64,000 nt of DNA from Phoronis australis. Lineage: Eukaryota > Animalia > Phoronida. A program made the position numbers and the translations under genes. Below the pieces are notes generated by a model. The model made no database searches and had not been told where the DNA came from. It saw only the letters and a program-made list of their open reading frames with translations. This document shows positions 20,924 through 34,500 of this stretch, piece after piece (positions within the stretch are counted from its first letter, which is position 1; every line of letters begins with the position of its first letter). The stretch spans positions 298,159 to 362,158 of the forward strand of contig NMRA01000391.1 of assembly GCA_002633005.1 (NCBI GenBank). The letters run 5' to 3'.

Positions 20924-23391
20924 ATATTTCTATCTGTTGAGTTCTGTAGGAATTTGACTTATCACATCATCAACAATTTAGCTGCGCCTTCTTGAGCATT
21001 GGCGGTAACCCCTGACTACCTAGAATGACTGACAGTAACTTGTCGGCGATACAAGTTTAAAGCTCCAGTGCCCCAACCTTTGTCATTTTTTGTCAAAAAG
21101 GGCTTGTGTATTAGATCACATAGCTGTTCATAAAATTGATCTTGGCTTTAACTTATTCAATTCACCTGCCAAGAATTGCATGATAACACTTGACTTTTAT
21201 CTTACTCAATTCATCTGTCAAGAATTGTACGATGAAACTTGGCTTACCTCAAAATCCAACTGCTGCCTGCCGGTTTGGTAATTGGCCTAATTATGTTGCA
21301 CAAACAACAGAATTAATGAGAAGCAGAATACTGGCACCATTGTTCGATAGTTTTGGTTTCTAAATTCAAAAACTTAATAAACACGTCGTGTACTTTACAC
21401 GAATATGCTATTTAAAAATTTTCAATACGTAAATTTAAAAAGTACTTCGTTGCCCACAATGTTTATGTTGGGTCTGATTACCTAGAGAACAATAACATCA
21501 TCAGTCTTTGGTGTCCCGGCAGAAACTATGGAATTCACTATGTTGCATAGTGTCTTTGATCATTGCAGCAGATTTCAAGATGTGCAAACTGGTTGAGTTC
21601 ACGAGTCTTGATCACTGAGGGAGTCAACGTAGGATTCTTTTCATCAGATTAAAAGTGATTTTGGACTTGTGTGACTGAAATGAGTAATTTGGAATTGCTG
21701 CGATTTCATTTTATGTCGTAAGAGCAGTGTGGCTACCAGTCAATAAGTGATAGGCCGGTTCCATGACCAAACACTAGATGGCATCATCAGTTGGTGCGTG
21801 GGCTTGAACTGGGTTAAGTTCTCTAGATGTAGAAAGCTTAGGAAGGAAGCTTGTGTGATCATGTGCTTCGCTTGTATCACATGTCTGGCATGTCATGTGA
21901 CGTCTTGCACATGTGAAGTCTTGCGCGATGTTACATCTTTGTAAGATTCTCACATCTATAGAAGGCACGCCTGTCCTGCATGCAAATAAATCTGACAGTA
22001 ATTAGAGATTCTGTTGTCTGGAGCACTGCTCTGGTGTGACTTTGATGGGTGACAAAGCTAAACTAGGAAATCATGATTGTAATATTTTTACCGTAATGAA
22101 ATTCTAAAATTTGAAAATGGACCTTTGTATGCATACTCTGCCCTGACTTGTGTTGGTAACGGAAAAGGAATCTTGTCATGGTAAAAATATGAAGCACATT
22201 TCAGGAGAGCAAATGGCTTAATTTAACTTTTTTGTTTAAGAAGTCAAACAGTTGTAAACATCACCAGTTTCTGTCCAGAGTATTCACTATTCCACAATTC
22301 ATTTCATTCACTGCTTTATTGTTGTGATGTAGAGACTAATGTGTTAATTGGTTTGCATCACACAAAATGAACTTAGATCAGTGCTCATGATATCAGGATT
22401 GATGGCACTAGCGGTTCTTGTACAAATCTATTCAAGAAGTACAAAGTGCCCTGAAGTGGTCGCGAGTACTTGATATAAGCTTTCCTCCCTGCGTCTACTT
22501 TTTATGTTGTGCTACATTTGACCATTTGGTTTTGAATTGATGCATCTTTGTGATCTCTTTTACGGCACTTATAGGACTTAATTTTTTATATAGTTAAGAT
22601 TTATCTTCATTGTTGCCATTTTGCACACTCGTTCTTTCTGTTGCATATGTCATCATGTGAAATATTAATACTTGGTGGGGTTATTTGCTATTTTGCCAGT
22701 AAATATTTCAAGGAAGATTGTGACTTCTGTCTTGGTTAGCTTGACAGTTTTGTGCCAATTCCTTTGTTGCCCTTGTTGAATGTAGTGTAGTGTAGTCTTC
22801 CTGTTATTAATGACCAGAAGCATAATGTGTGGGTATCATATTAATTAGCAGATATCGTGACTATATAGCAAAGTCATGAAGCAGCACTGTACTTTTGTAT
22901 TATGATATCTGATATACTCACTCTTGGTAATGGGGATGAAGTACTTATGTATAGAATTTTTTATTTTGGAAATGGATTTCGAGGTAAAATGTGATTTTTT
23001 TTGATAGCATAATCTGTGACCATTTAGCATAATTTTTTGAACAAAGTATGTTTATGTTTAATACTTACCTCATATTAGAGTTTTGGATTATTTAGCGACA
23101 TGTTATTTGTATGGAGTGTAATAAGTAAAAATGGATTCTCTCTGCTGTCTGAGTGCTTGAGCGAGACCATGGGCGCTTTTGGAGGCTCAAAATACAGTGT
23201 ACCTTCAAACACAATACAAGTTTAAGATGCAAAAATTACCTCCACCTTCACCTGCAATCATGGATTGCTGGAAATGTAAAATCCATGATTGAAATACTTA
23301 TACCTGTGCCAACGTAATTCTGCCACTGTTGTGAGCCCAGGATGACAGGAGCAGATCTGCATATGTGTATGCGTGTTCCACGCTCTTTTTT

Positions 23392-23397
23392 AATAAA
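23392..23397 (+). terminator. Candidate TPC3 poly(A) signal
   Basis: AATAAA at the end of a ~2.6 kb TG/T-rich UTR-like stretch; another AATAAA lies near 21985. Confidence 0.35.
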
Positions 23398-24854
23398 GTA
23401 ATTTTTAATTTAAAAATGAAACCCAATCTTTGCTTCACTTATGGGTGGTAGATTAATGATTGCAGACCTCCATTTCCTCTTTGAAATTTGTAAAAACTGT
23501 CATTATCTCGCTGCAGCGTAATGAAGATGACTCAAAATTTGTTAAAGCAATGGAAACTAGGTCATTCTGTTATACACATTCGTTGATTTTTAAAGAGGCC
23601 ATTTTAATCCTTTTTAAAAAAATGTCTCTGTTATCAAAAACATCCTATGATATAGTTCAAATCATCATGGCTTACAGATTTTTTTCTTAAGGTTTGGGAT
23701 TTGGCAAATAATTTTACTTTCAAATAATAACTTTATTTACTTGAGGGGGTTGGACACAATGAAATGTTTGTGAAGTTGTGCACTATTGCCTCAGTGCTAC
23801 AAATCCGCTGCAGCAAAGTGCCGGGAGTCACCGAACTTACTTGTAAGCATTTTTTCTCGGAATTTGGGTTTGGAAGCTATCAATCTGGCTTGAGAAGACA
23901 GTTTAAACCAGCCAGGTTTGGCCTTTGTCACACTAACAGGATAGCGATTCACCGTTACTACGCCTACTTTAAGACAGCGTAAAATGAGCCAACTGCCTTC
24001 TAGATATGTTACTAAATACGTGTAGTTTTGTGTAACATAACTTTGTTTCTTTTTATTCCACACAACGACTGATTAATTACTACACAGTTTATGCCCCTCA
24101 TATTACGTGCCCCCATCGGAAACCCCTCTTGACCTATCGCAGCCGACTGGTCATTGCCGTCATCTGTGTGAGCAGCACATTACTGCACCAACCACAGCCT
24201 GAACACCTGATCACCTGCAGGGACAGTCAAAAATTTTAAAAGTAGTTTGTTCAAGAAACGTTACCAATTAGAAACATCGCAGACGTTTGACATCGATGTC
24301 GATTGTTATCCCGGTACGCGATTTCTAACCAAAACAATCTAGATTGCCTTTACCACTGAGCCAACACTGAGGAGCCGATATCTGTGCAATTTCTGTTTGC
24401 AGCCAACTGTTATGTTCCAGAACGACGTTTCGCCTGCCTGCACGAGATTTGAGCCTCTTCCTGACCACTACGTGTGGTGAAAAATTTGTGTAGTCATGCT
24501 TCTGTACTCTGACAAAAAACTTATGGATATCTAAAATATTGCTTGCGCGCGTAGTACGCGTACTCGTGTATTGAGTTTACTGTGGGCAGATGGCTTCGAG
24601 TGCAAAATAAAAAAGAAATAGAGACAGTCCTATTTTAGCCAGGTGGGGCTGTGATTGGGGTTACAAATTTGGGCGATATTTCACTATACTACAAACCAAA
24701 ATGAATAAGCTAGAATTGTGTCTCGCATCTATACCTATGGGCCTCGCGAAGATGAAATTGCCGCGGGGCTGCTAGCAGGTCGGTTCGCTGGATTTGAGTT
24801 TTCCAACATTGGCTATTAGTCTTGTGGTAAGAATGAGACCGAAACTTAAATCAA

Positions 24855-26345
24855 GCAAAAATTGTGATATCCCATCCCATTCCTATTCTCGCATTGATAT
24901 GAAATCCCAAATTCATATCAAAATGGTGAAAAACCCGCGGGGCCCAAATATAAATTTCGGAAAAATGCACCCCGGTGGCCGTTACTATTATTTTTCACTG
25001 AGCGCTATGCGCCAGTTCCCACTAGGCCTACATTGACACCCTCTGGGAACAAAAGTGGCGTGAACGGTGACTTTCAAAAATGAAATTGAAGGATGCCACA
25101 TTACTTGTTTCGTGTTTGGAACTGTAGACCCGAGTATTGTTCTAGGCCTACTATGAAACATTGGAATCGAGACTGTCGACTTTTTTCCTTATGTACACTC
25201 TCACTACTTTTCAATATAGGTGGCGCTGTGTCAAATGGTAAATATTCCTCCAACGCGCTTTCTGTGATAGTATTCCTGTGATAGACAATAGGTGTCGCTA
25301 AAACAAAAATTGCCGACAGAATTTAGAATCTTGACACGACTGATTTTATTCACGTTAGGAACAAAATAGAGTATCTAGAAAATAAGTGGAAATATTGGAA
25401 GCCACGGAGTATCTTCCTCGAGGCTTTCAACTATTTTCCTTCTGTGTTAAATTTTCACCTATGTATCAATTAAAGCGGCAATAAACCCGAGTATCGTTAA
25501 AGAAACTAAATTTTGAGACCACTTACCGCTATCGAACTAATCTCAACTTGCATCTAACTCAAATGAGAAATGGTTTCAGAGCACCGAAAATTTGGCAGTT
25601 CGTTAGTGAAGTTTGATTATTGGTTGTTAGTAAGGGCCGCTGGATTTGTCTAGTTTTAAAAATCCCGTCTCGTTGAGCGGTATCATCTGAACGAAACTTA
25701 TATGAAGCAAAAAATGTGACATCCCATCATATTGCAAAACTCGCTTGATATGAAATGACACCCCAACTTTATGTCAGAACAGTGAAAAAGCCACCAAATC
25801 TATACTAGAAAATTTCAACATGCGTCCCATCTCAGCCCAGATATCCCCTTCGGGAACAAAGGTGGTTTTATTTGTGATTTTCAATAGATAAACATCAAAA
25901 AAGGGAAACAGAAGGGAGCCAAAAATTACTCTTGTGTTGTTATATCTTTCATGTTTTATTAAACATTACCTAATTATCATCGACGTTATTTCCTTGAGAA
26001 TTGCTCCAAAGCGATACTTCTGACATACAATAGGTGTCGCTAAAGTAAAAATTGATAGAGAATTCGGGATCTTGATACGACTGATTATTTATATTGGGAA
26101 TAAAGATCAGTATCTAAAAATAAGTAGCAAAATTAGAACTGGGAAGCATCTTCTTCGAGGCTTACAATTATTTTCGTTGAATGTTCAAATTACAGAGTGG
26201 TATATTTGTATTAATAAACCCGCGTTGCGTTCAGAAATAAGCTGTATAGTTAGACTACCTACCGCTATCAAACTAACAAAAGTTAAAACCTACTCAAATG
26301 AAAAGTGGTTTCTAAGCTTGAAAAAATAACAGTTTCTTAGTGCAT
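24855..26345. repeat. Diverged tandem duplication of about 0.7-0.8 kb between the two genes
   Basis: Collinear matches: ttgatatgaaat, gggaacaaa.gtgg, caataggtgtcgctaaa, cttga.acgactgatt, taccgctatc, tcaaatga.aa.tggtttc. Confidence 0.8.
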
Positions 26346-27476
26346 GGGATCATGTTCGGCGCATAAAATGACCCGCCGTGACAAGCTGACTTGTAAAGCA
26401 ATGACAAACTGTTAATCCTTTCTAAGTTGAGAAGTCCCCTCTAATTTTGACTAAGGAAAAATGTGAGAATCTTAAATCAAGAAATGTAAGAATCTTAAAT
26501 CAAGAATTAGTATTGTGACGAAAGGCGGATTTATAGACGCTTTAAAAGGATTAGTATATTAATAAAAAAATATTTTCTAAAACTTATGATCTAAGTATAT
26601 CAAAGTAAGCTTTCCAAGTGACAAATTGCAACGATAAATTACATGAGAAAATCGAGAGCGTCGTTTTTTGCCAGTGTAGCTCTAAATTTTGACCCAGTGA
26701 GAAATGACTCCAACGGTAGTTTTTCAACGTTGAAAAAATTATTACGGTTTTTCAATGTGTTTAAATTTGGTCTCGAATAATTTTCATCCCGTGAAAAAAA
26801 CGCCGTCACTGTTGAAGGGGGCGAGGCATTTTTAACGGTTTCGTGTAATCAAATACTAAAGCAAAGATAGTTCGGGTTAAGGGGTGGCACCGTGCGTACT
26901 CCAGGTGCCACTTCTCAGGGGGAGCGAAAATGAAAATTGGGGGATGTTGAAAATTATTCCCAAGTTGGTGAGGACTCATGAAGGGGCGCCGAAAACCTTT
27001 GGTGATGTCCGCCCCCTCTTCACAACACTGAGCACAATTTTCCATGCCTTCCATCATGTAGTCTCGCGACTCGGTGCGGGCGCCTTTGTGGGAACATTGG
27101 CAAACGAAGTGATGACGCGCATAAATAGTTATCTCACACAAAGACTTCATTTCTACATAATCGGACTAGAGCAGACAGATTGAAACAAAACAGTACAAAC
27201 GAGTTGAAAATTCTCTGAACATCATCGGGCGTCTAAGTGGCTTACGGCCAATCTGGCGTAAATAATTGGAGCTGATCGCTTGAAATGCCTCGCAAGGTTT
27301 AGTTAAAACAGCAGCGTACTGCGTGGTAAAGACTGGCCAAAAATCGTTTTTAGTATACTACTTCCTAAAAACGAAATGGAAATTTTGATTATAGACAGAA
27401 ATTCCGACGTTTTTAGTGATTTTAGCGAGGTAAAATACCGAGAGTAATCTGAGCTATATTTACGGAACAATCACTT

Positions 27477-27517
27477 TAGACATGAGCCGCGCCAAAAAGT
27501 CTAGACAAATCACGTGA
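27477..27517 (+). promoter_or_regulatory. Candidate TGF-beta/BMP response module upstream of Smad6/7: AGAC, GCCGCGCC, 5 bp, GTCTAGAC, 4 bp, CACGTG
   Basis: Sequence agacatgagccgcgccaaaaagtctagacaaatcacgtga; palindromic SBE at 27499-27506 and E-box at 27511-27516, about 650 bp before the ATG. Confidence 0.65.
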
Positions 27518-28162
27518 TACGCAATTGCCAATAGGAGGGAAGCTTATCTCAAGCAGTTGTTTAGCTTGTTTGGTTCTACGGATTATTCAAAATAGGGGTG
27601 GTAACCAGTCTTAGGTGCGATTGTCACTTCGATGGATATTAGAAATATCATTCAATTTTAAACTTAATTCTCAAAATATATGTAAAAAATTGATGTAGCG
27701 TGATTTATTTGTTATGTTTTATTCAATGGTTTCTGTTTTGATCACCAGGTAGAAACACTGCACCCCTAAAATACGTAGTCGGCCCTAACCATTTAATGCT
27801 GGCATTAAGAATATCAGTGCTGTAGCGAAGTCTGTACGTAAAGTCAATTTCTTTCACTCAAACGTTGGTTTTTCTATGTTTTGAGTGACTTTTTGGATTA
27901 ACTGACGTTCAAGACCCTGTGAAGACTTCTACGGATAGGAGTAATCGTTTTCACCACTGCCTTTGTGTGGGTTTCGTGTTATTCACTGTAAAGTGCCCTC
28001 GGAGACAAAGTCCGAGTGTCCAGTCTCACTGGCACCAGCCGTTCTATATATTGCAAGTTTATACAAATTACGGCCAAGTCAAGCCGCATTACAGCAATAC
28101 AAGTATGCGCTAACTCGTATTCAGCGGTGTAGAGTAGTGGCCCATGAGAGTGAACACGCTGT

Positions 28163-28562
28163 ATGTTTCGCTCTAGAAAGAGCGGCCAAACGAAGCGTTT
28201 GTGGAAACTCCGGACTATATACAATGAAGCCGACCGTTCGATTGAAACACCGGAGGAGTTGGAATTAAAATCACTATGCCAGTCGTTACTAAAAAGATTG
28301 CATGAAGACCAATTAGACGTCTTAGCACAGGCGATAGAGAGCAAAGGCGGGGAAACGACTGAATGTCTCCATTTGCCAAAGAGAGAGCTGAAGCTGGGTC
28401 GACGGACGGTCAGCCCGCTCGTTTTATGTTGTCAAATTTGGCGTTGGCCAGATTTGCGACATGATCACGAACTCAAGAAATTGACTTGTTGTTGTACACC
28501 CTCCGGTGAACCAGATTCTATCTGTTGCAACCCCTACCACTGGAGTCGACTAATGCAACCAG
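28163..28562 (+). CDS. SMAD6/7: Smad6/7 coding exon 1 (N-terminus, MH1-like)
   Basis: ORF 28163; donor CCAG|gtgaag after HWSRLMQP. Confidence 0.93.
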
Positions 28563-31500
28563 GTGAAGTATTTCTGTCGTTGTTTCTCACGTGTGAGTTT
28601 ACGCTAGTGGTTTCATTCATAACTTATGCGCATAGCACAAATGTCACGATCATTGGAGTGGTCTTTATATTGTAGTCAAGTACTACTTTCCATAACTTTG
28701 ACTGTAATTCAATGGAGACGCTGGTCTGTAGCAGTAAAGGTGACTTGGTGCATTCTTTTACGTGGTTGTCTGGATTTGTGTGAAACCATCTCACATTGAA
28801 GATTAGATGTCAAAAAGCTTTAATCAAATACTTATTCACTGGCTGGCTTTATTGACTCAGATTGCAGTCTTGGAATCTAGGTTGATTTATTACGTAAACG
28901 TACTTTTCGCAAAATGATTTTAATGTTGAACTTCACCACTTGTGTCACACGTGAGAGGTATAATTCAAGGGGAAGAATTAGATCTAGGACTGGCATTTAG
29001 AGAGATTGCATGAGAGGATTCACAAAATATTAATATCATGTGTGTACGTTAATGGAGTCCGATTGTAAACAATAACTGTTGCATGCCTCTAAATATTTGG
29101 AGCTGATTGATATTCATTTATAAAACATGATCAATTCTGCTCTTGTTATTGAGGAATGTCCTCTAACCGTATCAAGTTAAAGGGTCGAGTTAAAAAACTG
29201 TATCGTGGAACTTTCTCATAGTTAAGCAAAAATCTGATTGTTATGTATCCAACTTTTGAGTTTTACCCTATTTTTTTTTGTTTTAACCACTGTGTTTAGG
29301 GGACATGTGATGTGTCATGGCTTATGTCCCGAAACACAGGCACCTTTAAGTAGCCCTTTACAATATAACATAATAAAGAGATCTTTATTATGTTATATTG
29401 TAGAGGGCTACTTAAAGATGCCTGTGCCCGAAACAATTTTTGATGTCTTCAGCTGTACTGGGTCAAAGTGGCTATAAACCAACATTCCTAAAACATGCTT
29501 ACGTTTAGTTTGAACTACTTTTTTCTATAAAACTGGCCTCAACTTGTTCCTTAACCTGAAGAGAAGTGGTTTCTGAGCTTGGAGAACATTGACAGTTTGT
29601 TATTGCTTGAGACCACACTCTCATGGGCGGCGCACCATAAGGGGCTGGGGGGGGGGGCTATAGCCCCTCCCCACTTTTTTCAGGGCTGTGCCGCCCATGG
29701 TCTATGGGCGGTGCACCATAGGGGGCTAGGGGGTGGGCTGTAGCCCCCTTTTATGTGCTGTGCTCCCCATGGCTCACCACTTCAACTAACCCATGCTGAC
29801 CAGAGCCTGTTCTCTGAACCAATGAAGAATTGTCTGATTTTCCAATCCCAGAAATCATCTCTCATTTGACCAACAGGAGACAAATTTTATTTCGGAAAGT
29901 GGTTTAAATCAAAAGTTTGTTTTGTGTTAGAAGGTGAGTCTATAACTGCTGTAAAGCCTCCCTTGAATGGTACCGCACATGAATTTGATTGCTACAGTTA
30001 TGTTGAACCACTTTGAGTACACCAATGTCATGTAATGAATATTTAAGGTTATTGTCTTACATTTGTCTACACCGCTTCATCTATATAATGCAAGAACCCT
30101 TATGGTAATCCTCTATTCAATACAACTACTTTCGTTCAGTGTTCAATGTTCTCACACTGCTGCAATAGGATACGAACAGACTACTTGACTTACCTTATTT
30201 TTTATGGCCCTGCGTTTGAGTGATGAAAACCTGATTTCTTCTATTTCTAAAGTATTACTGGTACTATCTAGGTAGCCCAGTGTATCTAAAATAATAAAAA
30301 TCTGTTCAAGTCAGTATAATTATTGAGTGGGCCCTTTGCTTACGAGGGAGACCCCATTTTTGCGCACGACCCCTGTAGGTTAGGTGGTAAAATCTCTCCA
30401 GTTTAAGACGTATTGTGGCCAACTAGTGAAATTTTGTTAGTCCATTTTTTCATAAAAGGGATGTCATTCCAAATTAATGCTTGTCTGCATTCACATTTCA
30501 ATGCGTAAAACATAATATTTTGTGAAATGTTTGATTCACAGCAATGTCAAGAAAAATGAAAAAAATGCAGTTTTGGCAATTGTTGTTCAAAATTGGTGAG
30601 ATTTTATCAGAATGGATAATCTGTGGACTGGTCTTTAGGACGAGTTTTGTGAGGGGAAAAATACTTCTAGCCAATGGGCTTAGAATGGTAATTTAATGAC
30701 AGACTTGTATTTTTTTCAGAATCACCGCCTCCTGCATACAGCTTACAGTTCTTACCTAACAAATCAGGTATTTAAAATTGTCCTCCCTCCAGTTGTTTGT
30801 TTATTCCAATTCAGTTAGCTCTGCTATCATTTTTTCTGTGTGAATGGATTCAGTTGCAGAAACTTTTCTTAAACCTGCACTGGCAAGTTGTAAGGCATCC
30901 CGGGTATGTTTGCAAATTTGACGAGTTTTTATGAGACAATAGGTCTTCTGCTGCCAATTTTGTTCTTTTAAATGCATGTTTGAGCTTCACTGCCCTTTTC
31001 TTAGTTGGAGTTAAAATAGGTCAGTCTCCTTCTCAGATTTCATACATTATGGACTACTTTTAGGAAACCTCTATTTTTATGCCTGTTAGGTCAATATTTG
31101 GGTTGTAGTACTGGTTATCAGTTGTTTGATAAATGGTCCAAATGCCTTTTTCATAAAGGTGTGTGAGGGAAAATCTTCAACGAGGAAAGTAAGAATTCTG
31201 TTTTCAAGCTGACAAGTGATGGTGCTAACTGATTGCCTTGTCTTTATTTCAGACGACGAAGAGTCTCCGCCTTCATTACACTCTAGTACAGAAACGGCAG
31301 GTTTCCCCACCGACTTGCAGTTAGTTACAGGTAAGCCAAACAAGCTTTAGATGTGTGATTGTGTTAAGTCAGATTGGGGCTGACTGGCTAGTTGGGTTGA
31401 CGTGTGGACAGTTGAAGGGGTCCCCTAACTGCAGTAGAACTGATAGAGTTGTGCTGGAGTTGTTGGCATTGTCGCTACTAGTGTTTCAGGGTGGGCTGAT

Positions 31501-34500
31501 AGTTGGGGTCGTGGGGTTAAGAGTAGGGAATGTCTTTAGCAGACTCACTAGGCTAACAGCCGGTGCATGGCATGGTTTAGTCACTGACCCTGAACCCACA
31601 TTTGTTGTACTCAGGCCTGTGTTATGAATGAGTCTGTCATGCATATTTGACACATGTAAAACTACTGGCTGTTGTAGCTGAACTGACAGTTATCAGTCTT
31701 TTCTCAACACAAAGTACATCTCCTTGTTTCTTTGATTTGGGCTTGGCATCTATGTTTGTGGGCCAGGTAAACCAGCCTCTGGTTTTTCATGTCCCAACTT
31801 TTCCACTGCATTTGGCGTTTCATTAACTGTTCTTTCATTAAATCATTGACTATCTGGTGAATAACTTTAATCGTTTTTAGTATCCATTTCTGTCCATACC
31901 CAGGAGGCATGCGTGTTATTCAACTTGCCACATCCTCAAATAGCAACTGGTCGCAGGCTTAAGATTTAGTTTAATTTTAGTTGAGCGGAACACAATTAAG
32001 AAAGGAAACTCAAATACCTTTTTTAAGAAACCTGATCCAAGTCGAGCCGAGACTGAACGTCACTGTTAGTTGTCCAGCCTGGCACCAGGCCTTGTCAATT
32101 ACTTCTTGTTTGATGAAAAGAATACTTTATTACAATTGACATCCCCTTACTGGGCGCCGCAGTTTTTCATCTAAGGACAGATATGTGTTTTTAGGCGGGT
32201 GCTTTTCTAGAATTAGAAAAAGGGCAGCTCTAGTGGCCACTAGCCACTAATGTGGACTAGAGAGATTTTGTTGCTGTGGACTACAGTGTTTTAAAGATAT
32301 TCATGGATGCCAGTCATAATCTCTAAAAATGGCTTAAAATCTTTGCAACAGGATGTTTTTGTTTAAGTAGCTATTTCATACATGTAAATTAGTACTTTGT
32401 AAGAAAAATCACTGTGCTGCTGGCATTAACCAGTATTCTAGTGACAGAAATTTTGCAACTATGTCTTTTGATGATTTTGTCTTGAGATTTTGCTGTGAAA
32501 CTAAGCATCTGTTTTCTTGATCTTAAAAAATTGTTGTGAATATAATTTTTTCTCGGGGCTAACCCAATCTGGCTTTGTAATGATTTTTGTTCACATTTAT
32601 TGTTGTGGTAGACAGGCTATAGTGGTTTAGCTTGGTAATGCCTGAGAGAGGGTTACCAGCCTTCGGGCTTCTGTGTAACATTTTTCAGCGCTTGTAACTA
32701 CAGACTACCGACGCGGGTAATTCCACTAGGTATCGCTAGCTTTAATGACTTGTAATCAAGATTTTTTGTTCCCTTTACCTGTCTGTAGCAGTCTCGGGTG
32801 GAGACAGTTGCGAGAAAATCTAGCCTGTTTATGATGCAATATGGCTTACAAACAAAATTTTGTTTCGTTTTTTATTTTTTCATAAAACATAAGAAGCAAC
32901 ATTATTATTATATTTAGGTTTTACACCATAGCTATGCTAAAACCTTTAAAGAATGTAAATTATCAATTTCCGTAATTGATGGAATTTTTCTGTAAGCACA
33001 AGCATGCTGTACATTGATTCTTAATAGTTTAATGAACTATTGCTAATAAACTAACATCCCCTCTCTTTATAAAGTATTATATAATACATTGGGTTGAAAA
33101 ACAATGCGAGTTCATGGGGTTTGGCAAATTATTTTGCAAACTGTTTTCTGATTGGTCATTCAAAAGTTACTTTTAATCTTTCCTATGGTAATACGGCTGT
33201 ATTTTCTATGGCGACTACTGAGTTGGTTGTTGATATACCAGCTCTGAGGAGTCAACTCGTCCACTTGGCGGTAGTCTTCTTAAAGAGACAGTTCCTTTGT
33301 TTGTCTTAAAGATCAATAACAAATTTAGGTCAACCTTATTTCATAACAGTATGTATTATTTGTTGTATACTGTGATGTTCCTCAAACATGCATTAGATTT
33401 CTATATTTTTTAATGATAGAAAATGCTACAGTAAGCAAATTGATTTCGTTTCACATCAGTATTGTTTCGGTATTGAGCAGGATACCTTTTCAGTCTAATC
33501 AGTGATATGTTACTTAGTATGTGTGTATGGTTAGCAGAGCCTGCGGGTAAAACAGCCTGTCGTAGCTTGTGTGCCTTGGCAACCATGTGTCTAATAAAGC
33601 ATACCATGCCGACGCATAGATTAGTGCCACCAACTACCTAATTTTTCAATACAGAAAACTGTTAATTCGCAACATATTACTCACTTTTAAATTAAAAGAA
33701 GTTAAGTGTTGCTCATCCTTGTTCTTGTGAAAGTTTATGTTATACTATATTATGTGGTATTGGGGAGAACGTCAAACCCTTTCAATGTGATTATAAGTGA
33801 CTTGAGGCTTTGTTGGCCTCGAAAGTAGCAACTATTCAGTTTTGCAAGCTCGTCTATCAGTTCAGCTTGCAGGGTTTCCCCACTCCTTGCACAGTATTGT
33901 GTGCCGCGATGAACTACGCTTTATTCCATTTGTTGTCAGGCTCCAGGGCACTTGATGGATCGAATGAACACCACTTGGCAAACTACCCTGCCCTGGCAAA
34001 GCTATGCCAGGATTGCTAGCGGTAATTTTTTATTCCCAGCTATTGTTGTCGCTTGGTCTGCTGTACTTTGCAAGTTGCATTTTGTTCAAGATTATTTTTT
34101 GTGGATTATTGACCTGGCTTCTTTTTTGATTGGGGTGTGTCATTTGTTTTAAGGCATCAATGAGGAAGTTGGCCCAAAATTGTTTCTAACCTGGAAGGGT
34201 GGAGTATCGTGAAAAAATTCCATCTCTGAGGATGAACTCTCCTGACTCTATAGATTTGTGTAATTTAGCTTGGAATGCGCTGCTACTTAACTTGTTAGAT
34301 TCTGCCATGTTTCCCCCGTTTCAACACACTCGGTGCACACAGCATCAGTAATGCAATTTCAGCTCTTCCCCAGCAGTTGTTCACTTGCGTGACTGAATAC
34401 AATCTTGGCCTAGCCCACCACTCAGCCTTGACTGACTCACTGATTACAGGGGGTGATTCTGTAAACAAACGAGACTGGACATGGATTCCAGTTTCTTGGC

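Noticed and set aside
27963-28344. Overlapping ORFs around the Smad6/7 start (101 aa +, 121 aa -)
   Set aside because: Non-ATG starts or antisense to coding sequence; no recognisable homology.
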